DNA from: an uncultured Nitrososphaerales archaeon
GTDB lineage: Archaea > Thermoproteota > Nitrososphaeria > Nitrososphaerales > Nitrososphaeraceae
Direction: 5' to 3'
Assembly (NCBI GenBank): GCA_963713605.1
Contig: CAVQMO010000001.1
Location: 256,001 to 320,000 of the forward strand
Length of the DNA stretch: 64,000 nucleotides
A program made the translations under genes and the position numbers. The stretch's first letter is position 1; the number at the start of each line of letters is the position of its first letter. The notes below the pieces were generated by a model that ran no database searches, was not told where the DNA came from, and saw only the letters and a program-made list of their open reading frames with translations. Positions 32,269 to 43,520 of this stretch are shown here, one piece after another.

Positions 32269-32386
32269 TAGATATTTCCATCAGAAATGGAAATATATTC
32301 ATATACTTCCGTCATAGGTCGAGGGCCAAATATCGATGTCAAGGCGATAATCCAACTCATTGCCAAACAAAAGGGACTATTCATAA

Positions 32387-32881
32387 GTGTATCAGAGAGT
32401 TTTCACAACAACAGTTAAAGCTAACCTGAGGATCGTATGTATCTTGGGGTTGAAGGTATCTTATTCGGTCGGAACATTTGGCAGAGAAGCAGAGTACATA
32501 GTAGCTCTATACCTGAGATTAATTGGTTGGAGGGTTCGTCTGTCAAAGAATAGCCGAGGACCTGCTGACATAGTCGCAGTGTTAAATTCTAAGAAAAAAC
32601 AAAGAAAATGGCTTATACAGGTGAAATCATCAAGAAGGATACCAAGGATCAAAGGGCACGAAATCCTTCGACTCACCTCAGCTGCGTCTCTTGCTGGAGG
32701 CGACCCGATAGTTGCTACGCTCCATCCGAGGATTGGAAATGACACTGGTCAACTAATAAATCTCTCAAATGTTAATCACGAATCAAAACTAGCGTTTAGC
32801 GATAGACGGTTTGCGGTAACTTTTTTTTATTTACCCTATTGGAGTATGATTAAACCAGAGATCTCAAACCTCTCTGAATGA
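32387..32881 (+). CDS. Hjc-like PD-(D/E)XK nuclease
   Basis: GREAE..SRGPADIVAV..LIQVKS; start position uncertain. Confidence 0.75.
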   Translation: MYQRVFTTTVKANLRIVCILGLKVSYSVGTFGREAEYIVALYLRLIGWRVRLSKNSRGPADIVAVLNSKKKQRKWLIQVKSSRRIPRIKGHEILRLTSAASLAGGDPIVATLHPRIGNDTGQLINLSNVNHESKLAFSDRRFAVTFFYLPYWSMIKPEISNLSE

Positions 32882-33075
32882 GATTCAAGGCAAGTTCTTG
32901 AAGGTTAGGACGTCTGAGATCGCTTCTAACCTATTGTGATTCCTTTCACTAAGGAGTAATGCTCAAATACTGGAACCACAGTGGCGACTACTGAATAATT
33001 TTTCTATGGTCTACCAGACCAGAATATTATTCAACTAGTATTTATATAATATCAAAGCCATTTTGCTCTCATTCA

Positions 33076-35223
33076 ATGGACGACAATCACATTAAGAAGA
33101 ATAACAAAAAGGCCAATAGGTTAATCAACGAAACCAGCCCCTACCTCTTGCAGCATGCCTACAACCCTGTAGATTGGTATTCGTGGGGTAAGGACGCTCT
33201 TGAAAAGGCGAGATCCGAAGATAAACCAATATTCTTGAGCATAGGTTACAGTTCATGTCATTGGTGTCATGTAATGGCACACGAATCTTTTGAAGATGAA
33301 GAGATTGCAAAGATTATGAATGAAAATTTCGTAAACATTAAAGTCGACAGAGAAGAAAGAGCTGACCTTGACGATGTCTATCAACGTGTATGTCAACTAG
33401 CGGCAGGTAGTGGTGGATGGCCACTATCAGTCTTCTTGACGCCTGATCAGAAACCGTTCTATATCGGAACATATTTCCCCAAGAATTCTAGATATGGAAT
33501 GCCTGGTTTTATGTCTATTATAAAGCAGCTTGCTGATACATATGTTAACAATAAGAAGGAAGTACTTAGCGCTACCTCTGAATTCATGCATGCACTATCA
33601 GGTGCTGCTGAAGATATTTCTATTAGTCGTCCAATTCCAGTAGACCCTGAGCGTTCTGTACTGGATGAGGCGGCTGTTAGCCTCTTGCATTTTGGTGATT
33701 CTACATATGGCGGATTTGGACAAGCTCCGAAGTTTCCAAACCCTTCCAACCTTATGTTCATGTTACGATATTATGAATTATCAAAGATTTCCAAATTCAA
33801 AGACTTCGTTGTATTTACTGCTGATAAGATGGCATCAGGAGGTATCCACGATCATCTTGGGGGAGGGTTTGCTAGATATTCAACGGATCAAAAATGGCTG
33901 GTTCCTCACTTTGAAAAAATGCTTTATGACAACGCATTACTCATACAACTCTTCTCTGAAATTTATCAGGTAACTCGAAATGAAAAGTATATTGAAGTTT
34001 TGCATAAAAGCATAAGATACGTTCTCAGAGAGTTGACCTCAAAGGATGGCTTGTTTTATTCTGCTGAGGACGCTGATTCTGAAGGAGAGGAAGGTAAGTA
34101 TTATTTATGGACAAAAAGAGAAATCTTGGAAAGTTTGAACAACAAGACGGACGCTGACATATTTTGCCTATACTATGGCGTAACTGAAGGAGGGAATTTT
34201 GAGGGTAAAAATATTCTAAATAGCCAAAATAATAAAGTATTCCTTTCACAAAAATTCGACAAGCCTGTTCAGGTTATAGATGATATTCTTAGAAGATCTG
34301 AGGCAAGATTGTTCGAAGCAAGAAAGCGCCGTGTACGTCCAGGAAAGGACGACAAAGCGATTACCTCTTGGAATTCACTAATGATCTCTGCACTAGTAAA
34401 GGCCTATCGAGTTACCTCAGAAGAGACCTATCTCGAAGCAGCTGTCAAGGCAGCAGATTTCATAGAGGCTAGAATGTCGTCCCCAGACGGGAGACTTTTC
34501 AGGATTTTCAAAAACGGTCAACCTAAATTGAATAGCTATCTTGATGACTACGCTTTCTTTGTGAATTCATTGATTGATCTGTTCGAAGTTCTTCCTATCC
34601 CTAGCTATATGAATTCCGCCCTCAGACACACAGATTTTATGTTAGATCATTTCTGGGATAAACAGAGGAATGATGGATTTTTTTTCACATCGGATGACCA
34701 TGAGGATCTAATAATTAGAACTAAAAATTATTACGACCTTGCGATTCCTAGCGGCAACTCTGTCGCAGCAATGAATCTAATGAGGTTATATCATTTTTCT
34801 CAAAGAAATGATTACCAGAAAAAATCGGAAGACATTTTTAGGTCTGTTTCTTCTATTGCCAGAGATAATCCATTCGGTTTCGGGCATTTCCTTGTCTCAT
34901 TATATATGTACGTGAAGAGGCCGATCGAGTTCACAGTGGTGCAAGGGAGAGAACCAAACGAGGACATCTTCAACAATATGCTGACGCTTCTAAATAGAGC
35001 GTATATTCCCAACGGTATATTTGCGTACGTAAAGTCGAACACGAACTTTAATCAGCTAGAACTGCTACTACCATTCTTCAAAGGAAAATTGGAACCTGCA
35101 GGTCCCCAAGCAAATCGTTCAACCCGAGCGTATGTTTGCAAGAATTTTGTCTGTTCCCCTCCTATGAACACATTTAGCGAATTGGAGAATTATCTCAAGC
35201 CTGATAAGCTGATTGGGGATTGA
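33076..35223 (+). CDS. YyaL/SPATA20-like thioredoxin + six-hairpin glycosidase-like protein (DUF255)
   Basis: [40 protein letters not shown]. Confidence 0.93.
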   Translation: MDDNHIKKNNKKANRLINETSPYLLQHAYNPVDWYSWGKDALEKARSEDKPIFLSIGYSSCHWCHVMAHESFEDEEIAKIMNENFVNIKVDREERADLDDVYQRVCQLAAGSGGWPLSVFLTPDQKPFYIGTYFPKNSRYGMPGFMSIIKQLADTYVNNKKEVLSATSEFMHALSGAAEDISISRPIPVDPERSVLDEAAVSLLHFGDSTYGGFGQAPKFPNPSNLMFMLRYYELSKISKFKDFVVFTADKMASGGIHDHLGGGFARYSTDQKWLVPHFEKMLYDNALLIQLFSEIYQVTRNEKYIEVLHKSIRYVLRELTSKDGLFYSAEDADSEGEEGKYYLWTKREILESLNNKTDADIFCLYYGVTEGGNFEGKNILNSQNNKVFLSQKFDKPVQVIDDILRRSEARLFEARKRRVRPGKDDKAITSWNSLMISALVKAYRVTSEETYLEAAVKAADFIEARMSSPDGRLFRIFKNGQPKLNSYLDDYAFFVNSLIDLFEVLPIPSYMNSALRHTDFMLDHFWDKQRNDGFFFTSDDHEDLIIRTKNYYDLAIPSGNSVAAMNLMRLYHFSQRNDYQKKSEDIFRSVSSIARDNPFGFGHFLVSLYMYVKRPIEFTVVQGREPNEDIFNNMLTLLNRAYIPNGIFAYVKSNTNFNQLELLLPFFKGKLEPAGPQANRSTRAYVCKNFVCSPPMNTFSELENYLKPDKLIGD

Positions 35224-35234
35224 ACAATTAGACC

Positions 35235-35513
35235 ATGCATGACCATATGGATAAATCGAAATCAAATACTAAGCCAACTCCTTCTCTATTGGCGGGAATA
35301 TTATATATGATGGCTAGGCATGGATTCGAGGCTGAACTCAAGCCAGATCGATTTCACATGGATTTGGTCTTGGGGCACACACAACCTATAGCCCCTGAGA
35401 TAATTGTTACTTTACGGGAAAATGGCTTTGAATACTGTTTCTATAATAGAGTAACGTATACTGACACAGACGGTGCAATTAGGTGTCGTTCATATTTTAG
35501 AAGGCCATACTAA
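35235..35513 (+). CDS. hypothetical protein
   Basis: 92 aa ORF 11 bp downstream of the DUF255 gene. Confidence 0.6.
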   Translation: MHDHMDKSKSNTKPTPSLLAGILYMMARHGFEAELKPDRFHMDLVLGHTQPIAPEIIVTLRENGFEYCFYNRVTYTDTDGAIRCRSYFRRPY

Positions 35514-35741
35514 TTGGCCTAGGCGCTCGCACCATTGACCTCTAACCTGCTTCTATCACATAATAGCAAGGCCGCCTGAGCATAGTAATTAAGTGTATAT
35601 TGGATCGCATTCTAAATCATGAAGTAGTCCCCTCAGAAATCCATGAATAAAGAAGGGACTAATTTTATAGAGATAAGGTTATGATACAAACTATCAGACT
35701 CTATATAGATATTTAGGATGTTTAATAATCGGCAGACAAAA

Positions 35742-36080
35742 ATGAGTATGGATTTCGGTTCTTTAGCGTCGAGTGCTACCCCAATAGCAGTAGGAGGCAT
35801 AGCCGGATTTCTTGTGGGATATGCAATAAAAAAGGTAATCAAGATCGTCCTTATTATCGCTGGATTAATGATAGTTGCCTTTGTTGCCCTTGGGTATCAA
35901 CAATATGTTTCAGTTGACTGGAGCAAGATACAAGAAGCAGGTTCAGGCTTGATGGGTAACGTCAGCAACTCGAATCTCCCAGGAACTGAACAAAGTATTT
36001 CTTCAGTCATGGCAGCTTTCGGAATTCCTCTGGTGGGCAGCCTAGCAGCGGGATTTATACTGGGGTTCATCAAAGGTTAA
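35742..36080 (+). CDS. FUN14 family membrane protein
   Basis: GGIAGFLVGYAIKKVIK, YVSVDWSK, GFILGFIKG. Confidence 0.9.
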   Translation: MSMDFGSLASSATPIAVGGIAGFLVGYAIKKVIKIVLIIAGLMIVAFVALGYQQYVSVDWSKIQEAGSGLMGNVSNSNLPGTEQSISSVMAAFGIPLVGSLAAGFILGFIKG

Positions 36081-36371
36081 CAAAGATAATGTATATAAAT
36101 CAACATCCGTACCACCTTGTCTTCATTGCTGTCATTGGGTTGCATCAGATCTACTCTCCCAATTCGCCACCTTTCAATTCTTGATTGTTCAATGATGCTT
36201 AATAATGCTTAAGTCACATAAACATCCTCTGTTTGCAGATCAGAATATTGCTTGAGGCTGGAAACGAATTTGTAAAAGAATCCGTTGCTTTGAAGTTATA
36301 GACGATCTCGAACCGTTTATCTCAAATGATGCATAGAAGACATTTGCCAAAGTGAGAGGGGAGGTCTCTAT

Positions 36372-36818
36372 TTATTTGGACTTGGATGCTTTTACTAAAT
36401 CTCGCAAATGCGCCAACGTTCTAACTTGACCTCCATTGGCTTTCTTGTATAGCGACCAATATGTTTCTCTATCTATGTCATTCCGATCTTTGAGGACCTT
36501 TAAGTAATGTCGCATGCCTCTGATCTTTACAATGTAAAGCTCCTTCTTACCTACTCTTGCAGTTTTTTTCCCCTTCTTAGAGCCTTCTCCTATTCCCCGC
36601 TTTTTTCTTGTCATATGCTTCAGCTTAGCTCTATATCTAGAAGTTCCTTGCCTCCTTGCGGTCCAAATAGCCCCGTTTTTGATTAGCGCTCTAAGATTTT
36701 CCCTCGTAATAGAGTCAGCTACATCTTCAAGCTTATCTGGTTCAAATCTGACTCTATTGACTCCTACCCCCAAGATCCGCGCGACGAGTTCTCGCTTCTT
36801 TCGTATATTAACTACCAT
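36372..36818 (-). CDS. rpl19e: 50S ribosomal protein L19e
   Basis: RILGVGVNRV, ITRENLR, GEGSKKGKKTAR, LYKKANGG. Confidence 0.96.
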   Translation of the reverse strand: MVVNIRKKRELVARILGVGVNRVRFEPDKLEDVADSITRENLRALIKNGAIWTARRQGTSRYRAKLKHMTRKKRGIGEGSKKGKKTARVGKKELYIVKIRGMRHYLKVLKDRNDIDRETYWSLYKKANGGQVRTLAHLRDLVKASKSK

Positions 36819-37222
36819 TACGTCTGCCCCTTATTCTCATCCTTTTGCGGTACATTACCCTTATTGAGAACCTTGATACCCAATGCGTTGGCCTTACTCA
36901 CAATATCTATACGTTTCCGCCGACCCACTGTGTGACCAATTCTCGCAGCATCAATCTTGGGATCCAATTTTTCCAGATCTCGGATGTTATGAATTAATCT
37001 ATCATTATATCCAGAAGGGTGTAGACCTCTGGCTACCTTAGGGCCCCTGTATCCCACTTTGACGAGCGGCGGGACTCCGGATACCTGTTTTCTCATCTTG
37101 TTATCAACGCCTTTTGGCTTCCTCCAATTTTCCGCGAGCCTGACATATCTCCAACTCTCTTGCCTTACGAATTTAGGTCGGGTTGCAGAAACTTTCTTCC
37201 TGGCACGTAACAGATTCGTCAT
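36818..37222 (-). CDS. rpl32e: 50S ribosomal protein L32e
   Basis: RPKFVRQESWRYVRL, WRKPKGVDNK, RGLHPSG. Confidence 0.97.
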   Translation of the reverse strand: MTNLLRARKKVSATRPKFVRQESWRYVRLAENWRKPKGVDNKMRKQVSGVPPLVKVGYRGPKVARGLHPSGYNDRLIHNIRDLEKLDPKIDAARIGHTVGRRKRIDIVSKANALGIKVLNKGNVPQKDENKGQT

Positions 37223-37531
37223 TTATCGGCAATCGTTAATCAACCATCAAGTGCTATAGATTTTAATAAATACGTTTCCCAAAAAATCCTCAGAAGTACT
37301 TTGATTTCAGTCGGAACAAATTCGCTATAGATGCAATGCAATATGTTAGTTACGACTCTGAATCACTTACATTCTAATTTAGTGCGGATTTACTCTGATC
37401 GCTTAGTTTTTTGTTCGTGGCTATATGAGAGTAATTGACCTTCAGACTATCATTTCATTTTAATTCGCTCTGAATTGTATTTAGGATATGCTAACAGAAC
37501 AGTTAATAGTAAAAGATTTACTTTAAAATGT

Positions 37532-38155
37532 ATGAAAAAATATGAATTGCCACCAGTTCCGTACGGTTATGATGCACTTGAACCGTATATCGATGCAAGA
37601 ACTATGGAGATACATCATACAAAACACCACCAAACGTATACAGACAAACTAAATGCGGCCCTCGAAAAATGTCCTCCTGAAATTCAAGAAAAGGACATTG
37701 TTGAAATATTATCAAATTTGGGTCAAGTTCCAGCTGATCAAAAAAGTGCAATCAATTTCAATGGAGGAGGATTCGATAATCATCGAATATTTTGGAATAA
37801 TATGAAACCAAATGGTGGTGGAGAGCCAGGAGGTGCGGTTGCTGATGCAATAAATTCATCGTTTGGAAGTTTTTCCGGGTTTAAGGAGAAATTCTCGTCA
37901 GATACTGCAGTGATACAAGGAAGTGGCTGGGGATGGCTGATCTATAATCCTACCACAAAGAAAGTAGAGTATAAGGCAATGCCAAATCAAACCAGCCCAA
38001 GAACTGAAGGGTTAAACCCCCTATTAGGCTGCGATGTCTGGGAGCACGCATACTATCTCAAATATCAAAATAGAAGACCTGAATATGTTTCGGCTTGGTG
38101 GAACGTTGTGAACTGGGATGATGTGGAAAAAAGGTTACAGCAAGTAAAAGCTTAG
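37532..38155 (+). CDS. sod: Fe/Mn superoxide dismutase
   Basis: HHTKHHQTY, FNGGG..NH, DVWEHAYY. Confidence 0.96.
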   Translation: MKKYELPPVPYGYDALEPYIDARTMEIHHTKHHQTYTDKLNAALEKCPPEIQEKDIVEILSNLGQVPADQKSAINFNGGGFDNHRIFWNNMKPNGGGEPGGAVADAINSSFGSFSGFKEKFSSDTAVIQGSGWGWLIYNPTTKKVEYKAMPNQTSPRTEGLNPLLGCDVWEHAYYLKYQNRRPEYVSAWWNVVNWDDVEKRLQQVKA

Positions 38156-38354
38156 GTCACGAAGCCCTCACTATTTTTGTGTGACAAAGACTGAAGAGGC
38201 CCAAGTGAGCAAAGCAATCAAGAAAGGTAGCGACTTTGTATGTTTTTTGGGTTGACGATTGGATCACGGTAACAAAATATCTCGATATTCCACATCGTTC
38301 TTGAGTTTTAACCCAAGTTTGCGTGTGTTCTAGACGATTTAAAAAGAACTAAAA

Positions 38355-38657
38355 CTATCCCCACAGAGGGCTTGCGTCAGACAAAGTAAACTTACTATTG
38401 TGCTTTACTATTAACTGACCCAACTGAGCATACATCTGAAGATATCTCATCCCTTTTCCAGAAGTCTTGAATGTTCGTTCTCCTGCGGTATATTCAATTA
38501 ATTCATTTTCAAGCAAGAGGACTAGGTACTCTTTTAGAAGGTTATGTGATAGATATGTGCGATAAAGTATTTCCGTTTGCCTAAGACTATTCCCATTAAC
38601 TGCCTGAAGGATAGATGCAATAATCTCCCCCCTACTTCGATGGCGATTCCTCATCAC
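38355..38657 (-). CDS. winged helix-turn-helix transcriptional regulator
   Basis: RSRGEIIASIL..TEILYRTYLS..YL..L..FKTSGKG. Confidence 0.85.
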   Translation of the reverse strand: MMRNRHRSRGEIIASILQAVNGNSLRQTEILYRTYLSHNLLKEYLVLLLENELIEYTAGERTFKTSGKGMRYLQMYAQLGQLIVKHNSKFTLSDASPLWG

Positions 38658-38900
38658 GTTAAGGTGTGTTATGCCTTTCTAGTATAAAATTCTTAGGTCA
38701 AGTGAAACTAGACAATTCGATTAACCTATCATTTTAATCTATAAAGAGGCTGCATTCGGTCAGCATTCAGAAGGAGATGCCTTCATTTTGGCGAATGAAG
38801 TCTGTGATCTCTGTTCCATTGAGGAAATTCGAGGGTATTAAGTAACCTATAGGTTCTTCGATTATATATCTGAACTCTCATTGGGTTATTTGAGCAAGTA

Positions 38901-39908
38901 TTGATATCTTCTCCCTTTGATAATTTGGTCAAACTGGATGACGATGTTACCAACGAGAAATATGGATATTATCCATCTAGCAGACCCATTAGCTCTTTGC
39001 TAGATTACGGCTTGATTATGCTCGATAAACCTCCTGGTCCCACTAGCCATGAGGTCGTCGCATGGGTGAAAAAAATCATAGGAGTCAGTAAGGCAGGGCA
39101 TAGTGGAACTTTGGATCCGGGCGCTACTGGACTTCTCCCCATTGGACTGGGGGAAGGCACGAAGGCCCTTTCCATACTGCTCTTCGGACCGAAGGAGTAT
39201 TATGCATTGGCAAGGCTACACGATCACATTAACGATTATGAGTTAGATACTGTGATAAGCCAATTTGTTGGAGATATATACCAGAGGCCACCCCAAAGAT
39301 CTTCGGTCAAAAGGGCTACTCGAATTCGGACTGTACATGAAATTGAAAGGCTAGAAAGATGCGATCGTCTTATCTTGATACGTATATTATCTCAGTCAGG
39401 TACCTACATAAGAAAGATAGTATATGACATAGGAGAAATTCTTGGAACAGGAGCTACCATGGTGGAGCTCCGACGAACGCAGGTAAGCAACCTGTCAGAA
39501 AGTAAAGACGGCTTGGTCAGGATGCACGATTTAGCTGATGCTCTAGAATTGTACAGGCATGAAGAGGACGATTCAAAGTTAAGGAAGCTCATCAAGCCTA
39601 TTGAATATTGCATAGACGGTGTGGAGACTGTAGTCGTCAGGGATACAGCAATTGATGCCTTATGTCACGGCGCCCAGCTCGCAATCCCGGGTATTTTGTC
39701 TGTATCTAAGGCACTTAAAGTGGGGAGCTTTGTTGGTATTTTTTCTATGAAAGGGGAGATCGTAGGATTTGGTGAAGTCGCAATGACAAGGGAAGAGATT
39801 GAATCCAATGTAAAAGGCATTGCTGTTAATATAAAGAGAATAATTATGAAACCAGGGTCATACCCTAAATCGTGGCACACTTCAAACCAGGCAGCTAAAG
39901 AAAAATAG
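38901..39908 (+). CDS. cbf5: H/ACA RNA-guided pseudouridine synthase Cbf5
   Basis: DKPPGPTSHEVVAW, GHSGTLDP, GTYIRK, PUA domain. Confidence 0.96.
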   Translation: MISSPFDNLVKLDDDVTNEKYGYYPSSRPISSLLDYGLIMLDKPPGPTSHEVVAWVKKIIGVSKAGHSGTLDPGATGLLPIGLGEGTKALSILLFGPKEYYALARLHDHINDYELDTVISQFVGDIYQRPPQRSSVKRATRIRTVHEIERLERCDRLILIRILSQSGTYIRKIVYDIGEILGTGATMVELRRTQVSNLSESKDGLVRMHDLADALELYRHEEDDSKLRKLIKPIEYCIDGVETVVVRDTAIDALCHGAQLAIPGILSVSKALKVGSFVGIFSMKGEIVGFGEVAMTREEIESNVKGIAVNIKRIIMKPGSYPKSWHTSNQAAKEK

Positions 39909-40095
39909 GTAGACTAGAAATAAGCTGCTTTACCCTCCTAAAACAACATTTCAACGTTGATCCTAGTTGACTGGACAGAGAAAGCACTTACAGCATTGTG
40001 TTTTCACACTCAGTGAATTAATAGGTCGGATAAACACATAAGTTGGTGCAAGCTTGTAATTCGTAGTCGAACGGAAGCTATGGTTACTACATCAG

Positions 40096-40199
40096 GCCGG
40101 GGTCGCCTAGCCTGGTAGGGCGCAAGCCTGGAAATTGCAAAATATCCAGCCAGCTTGTGATCTCTTGGGGTCACGAGGGTTCGAATCCCTCTCCCGGCG
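40096..40199 (+). tRNA. tRNA-Ser (GGA) with an 18-nt intron at 37/38 (40134-40151)
   Basis: GCCGGGG/TCCCGGC-G acceptor, CAAGC/GCTTG anticodon stem, long variable arm, intron CCAG pairs with CTGG. Confidence 0.93.
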
Positions 40200-40252
40200 C
40201 TCTTTCTGATTACAATATGCCCACGTCGTGATATGATTACAAAACTTTCCCT

Positions 40253-40471
40253 TCATAATTCCTCGTCTAATTCTTCAAAGGCCCTAGCCTTGGAAAGTTC
40301 GTGCAGACGCATCGCAACCAGTCTATTATATTCTTTTTTATCAATGGTGCCCCTCCGCTGTAATTCCTCGATGAGAACATCCAACATTACAGTAACCTCC
40401 TCTACTTCTGTTAGTTCTTTTCCCGTGACGCGAGCAGGCGGGCCGTTGCGTTTTGTGGCTTTTCTAGACAT
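40253..40471 (-). CDS. small hypothetical protein
   Basis: 72 aa helical ORF with TATA-like sequence upstream. Confidence 0.7.
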   Translation of the reverse strand: MSRKATKRNGPPARVTGKELTEVEEVTVMLDVLIEELQRRGTIDKKEYNRLVAMRLHELSKARAFEELDEEL

Positions 40472-40557
40472 GATCTATAATAGCCCTTTAGAAATTTAGT
40501 ATATAATATCGATCCCGACACTGTCTTCGAGTTGAAAGGGTTGGTCCTTTTATGAGA

Positions 40558-41694
40558 TTATATCTGCGGTTGCTTTTGCATGAGCTTATCATATTCAATT
40601 TCTACTGATCTTAGTATCGAAGTACCTGTGAGCGATGCTCTACTCTTAAGCATTGTAAGAATGGATACACCTCCGGCTCCTGCTCCATCTTTCACGAAAC
40701 CGTTCGCAAATGCCTTTAGGCCAGGCCTCTGGGAATCTTCAAAGTGAAGATCTACAGCAAAAATCGGAAAATCAGAGCAAATTTCATTAGCTATGCCCTG
40801 AATGTCTGAATAAGGATCCTTTGCAACATAGCAAGTAGTTCCTATGCAAATATTTTCTAACGATCTGTTCATAGCACTTATTACCGCAAGTATGGCTGTC
40901 ATCTGTGTCCCTCCAGCTAACATAACCTTGCTTCCTGATCCACTGATGCCACAAGCAAGCCCAGCCACAACTGGGATCATCGGATCCCCAACTGCAGCTA
41001 TCGCTCTTACAGGATCATTTTTGAAACACCCAAAGGGAATGCCTGCCTTAGCCATCCCTTCCTTTACTACACTGTTTTTTAAAGTGTGAGGATTCTTCGT
41101 GAGGCTACTGCTCACCTTAGACCAGGCATTGATTCCAAGTGTAACAAGCACACCCAGGGCAGTAGTAGTTCCTCCTGGGATACTCTCACCGAGAATAACC
41201 ATCTTACTAAGTTTAGCGAGTTCGTGACCAAAGGCTTCCCCATATTTTAAGCCCTTCTTGACATAAATTTCATCAACTGCATTTCCTGTTCGTATGTCGT
41301 TTCCTGGGTTCATTTCAAATGAGATATAGGGGACTTGAGGTTTAACTACCGACCCAGCGTTGATTATGAGAAATGGAATATTAGATAGATCTAATGCAGT
41401 CTTTGTGATAATCGCCGGAGTAGGCATTCCATCTGGAGTAACAGGGACTGAATCCAGACATTTACAGTGACCGTAATTCAAGAACTCTGCGTCAGCGGGA
41501 GATGTATATTTTATTAGATTTTCATTCTGGCCAGCTGCCGTAATTCCAGGTATGAGACCTGTTTGAGTGTATGATATTACTAGTGCAAATAATGGATTGC
41601 TAGATGCTATAGGTATTTTAAAAGACTGATCTTGGTTGACGGATCTGAGGTCTGGATAATCTACCCCATCATATTTCAAATTGACTTCAACCAA
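40558..41694 (-). CDS. cobT: archaeal-type nicotinate mononucleotide-dependent phosphoribosyltransferase CobT (UPF0284)
   Basis: IPGITAAG, GESIPGGTTTA, LAGGTQM, GFVKDGAGAGG. Confidence 0.9.
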   Translation of the reverse strand: MVEVNLKYDGVDYPDLRSVNQDQSFKIPIASSNPLFALVISYTQTGLIPGITAAGQNENLIKYTSPADAEFLNYGHCKCLDSVPVTPDGMPTPAIITKTALDLSNIPFLIINAGSVVKPQVPYISFEMNPGNDIRTGNAVDEIYVKKGLKYGEAFGHELAKLSKMVILGESIPGGTTTALGVLVTLGINAWSKVSSSLTKNPHTLKNSVVKEGMAKAGIPFGCFKNDPVRAIAAVGDPMIPVVAGLACGISGSGSKVMLAGGTQMTAILAVISAMNRSLENICIGTTCYVAKDPYSDIQGIANEICSDFPIFAVDLHFEDSQRPGLKAFANGFVKDGAGAGGVSILTMLKSRASLTGTSILRSVEIEYDKLMQKQPQI

Positions 41695-42310
41695 CGCCCA
41701 TGAAAGCTAGAAACTCACTTTCAGATTTTGCCTGTAACGCAAGATTTGATCGCTTTTCTTTTCCAATCGTTGAAACTGGAAAGGAGCCATAATCATGACC
41801 AGGATAAACCGTAAGTTGATCCTCCAAAGCAGAAACCTTTCTATACAAACTAAGGTACATGTCTTTTGGATCCCCTCCTGGAAGATCTATTCTCCCTACA
41901 GCACCAACAAAGAGAGTGTCTCCAGTAAACACTGCCTCTTTATCGATAATAAGACAAATACTGTCTTGGGAATGACCTGGGGTATGTAGAACTCGAAGGC
42001 TAACAGATCCGATAGATATTATATCGTTCTCTACTACAGACATATCTTTGTGAAGCTGAGAATTCAAGTGCTGAATGACAGTTGCCCCAGTCGCTTTTGC
42101 GACTTCATCATTTCCAAAAACATGATCGAAATGTGAGTGAGTGTTTATAATATGCTTGGCCTTCAGCTTTTTATCGGTGAGTAATTGGAATATCTCTTGG
42201 AGATCCCATGATGGATCTATAATAGCAGCGAGGCGAGTCTGAATATCGGAGATAATATAAGTGAAATTGGCCATATTCCCGACTTTGAGCTGATATATAC
42301 CTTCGGTCAA
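41687..42310 (-). CDS. MBL-fold hydrolase (glyoxalase II/persulfide dioxygenase-like)
   Basis: THSHFDH, TPGHS, FTGDTLF, PGHDY. Confidence 0.92.
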   Translation of the reverse strand: MTEGIYQLKVGNMANFTYIISDIQTRLAAIIDPSWDLQEIFQLLTDKKLKAKHIINTHSHFDHVFGNDEVAKATGATVIQHLNSQLHKDMSVVENDIISIGSVSLRVLHTPGHSQDSICLIIDKEAVFTGDTLFVGAVGRIDLPGGDPKDMYLSLYRKVSALEDQLTVYPGHDYGSFPVSTIGKEKRSNLALQAKSESEFLAFMGVG

Positions 42311-43005
42311 GTTTCGTTCACCAATATTCCCTTTTCAGCCTCCCTTGGAATCCCAATATGTTCAAGGTGAATCTGACCCGAATATTTTTCATTATTCAAC
42401 AAACCCTTCTTCATTCTGTGAAATGTGACAGTTGCATTTGCTCTTACACACTTATCGTGGACTCTGCCGGTATTAGGATCAAGTCCCGATGGTATATCTA
42501 CAGAGAATATGTAAGCACCGGATTTATTAATATAATCTATCGCAGAAGAATGAGGTTCTCTGATATTACCGCTTACTCCGGTTCCTAGAATGCCATCTAT
42601 TATTATGTCAGAGTCAAGAATCCTATCTTTGATTTGGTCTATCTGATTACTCCAGAATGACTCTATAGAATCTAATCTCTTGAGAATAGTCCAATTTGCT
42701 CTTGCTTCCTCAGTTCGAAGATCACGGGGATCAATTAATAACAACACTGTATATTTCGCATTAGGGTTATAGGAAAGATGCCTCATACAAACCATGGCAT
42801 CACCGCCATTGTTTCCTCCACCACATACGGCAACAATTCTCTTATCGACGATTTTCATATCCATCCCCTCCATCTTGAATTTAATAAAGTCGGCAAGTCC
42901 ATGCCCCGCATTTTCCATCATATACATTCTACGGACACCAAAATTCTCTTCCGCGTTCTCCTCGATCTTGTACATATCATCAGAAGTGATGGCTCTAGAC
43001 TCCAA
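42307..43005 (-). CDS. nnrE: NAD(P)H-hydrate epimerase (YjeF N-terminal domain)
   Basis: MMENAG, GNNGGD, DGILGTG, DIPSG. Confidence 0.93.
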   Translation of the reverse strand: MESRAITSDDMYKIEENAEENFGVRRMYMMENAGHGLADFIKFKMEGMDMKIVDKRIVAVCGGGNNGGDAMVCMRHLSYNPNAKYTVLLLIDPRDLRTEEARANWTILKRLDSIESFWSNQIDQIKDRILDSDIIIDGILGTGVSGNIREPHSSAIDYINKSGAYIFSVDIPSGLDPNTGRVHDKCVRANATVTFHRMKKGLLNNEKYSGQIHLEHIGIPREAEKGILVNET

Positions 43006-43520
43006 TTCAGTAATGGTCGTCGAGATAGTACTGGATTACTTATAAGTGTTAAACGAACGTCAGCGGTCAATATCGTAATTGACTGTGGATTTATTTACTG
43101 CTGATAATCCCTTAAACTTGCAGTAATCTTCCTGTATGAGGAAAGTGGATTTCTGAATTGAATTTTCGACCTTGAACTGTTCGTTTGGTTTTCGTGCTGT
43201 AAGTAATTGTTCAACCTAGAAACATGGTGATCAGGTACTTATGCAGCATAGGTAGAAACTCAGTGCCAAACCAAGCAGATTCAATATTGGGAGCAAAATC
43301 TAGAAGATGGAGACTAGGAAAATAATGCTTGTATACTCAAGCATGGCCTACAAGTTCTGACCTTAAAACTTTCTAATGCTAACATACTGATATAAACTCG
43401 AGACTATACCAACAAATGACGATGATAAAGTATATTACAGAGAATCTGGTTTCTTCCGATTTGGTACTGACAAGATTATGCTTGAGTCTAATTTACATAA
43501 GGGCAGGTTATTGATTCAGA

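Noticed and set aside
35742..36080. FUN14 as a novel eukaryote-like protein
   Set aside because: The FUN14 family is already known in archaea and bacteria.
43416..43470. Possible C/D box sRNA (ATGACGA...CAGA...CTGA)
   Set aside because: No convincing C' box or identifiable guide target; such motifs arise by chance in AT-rich DNA.
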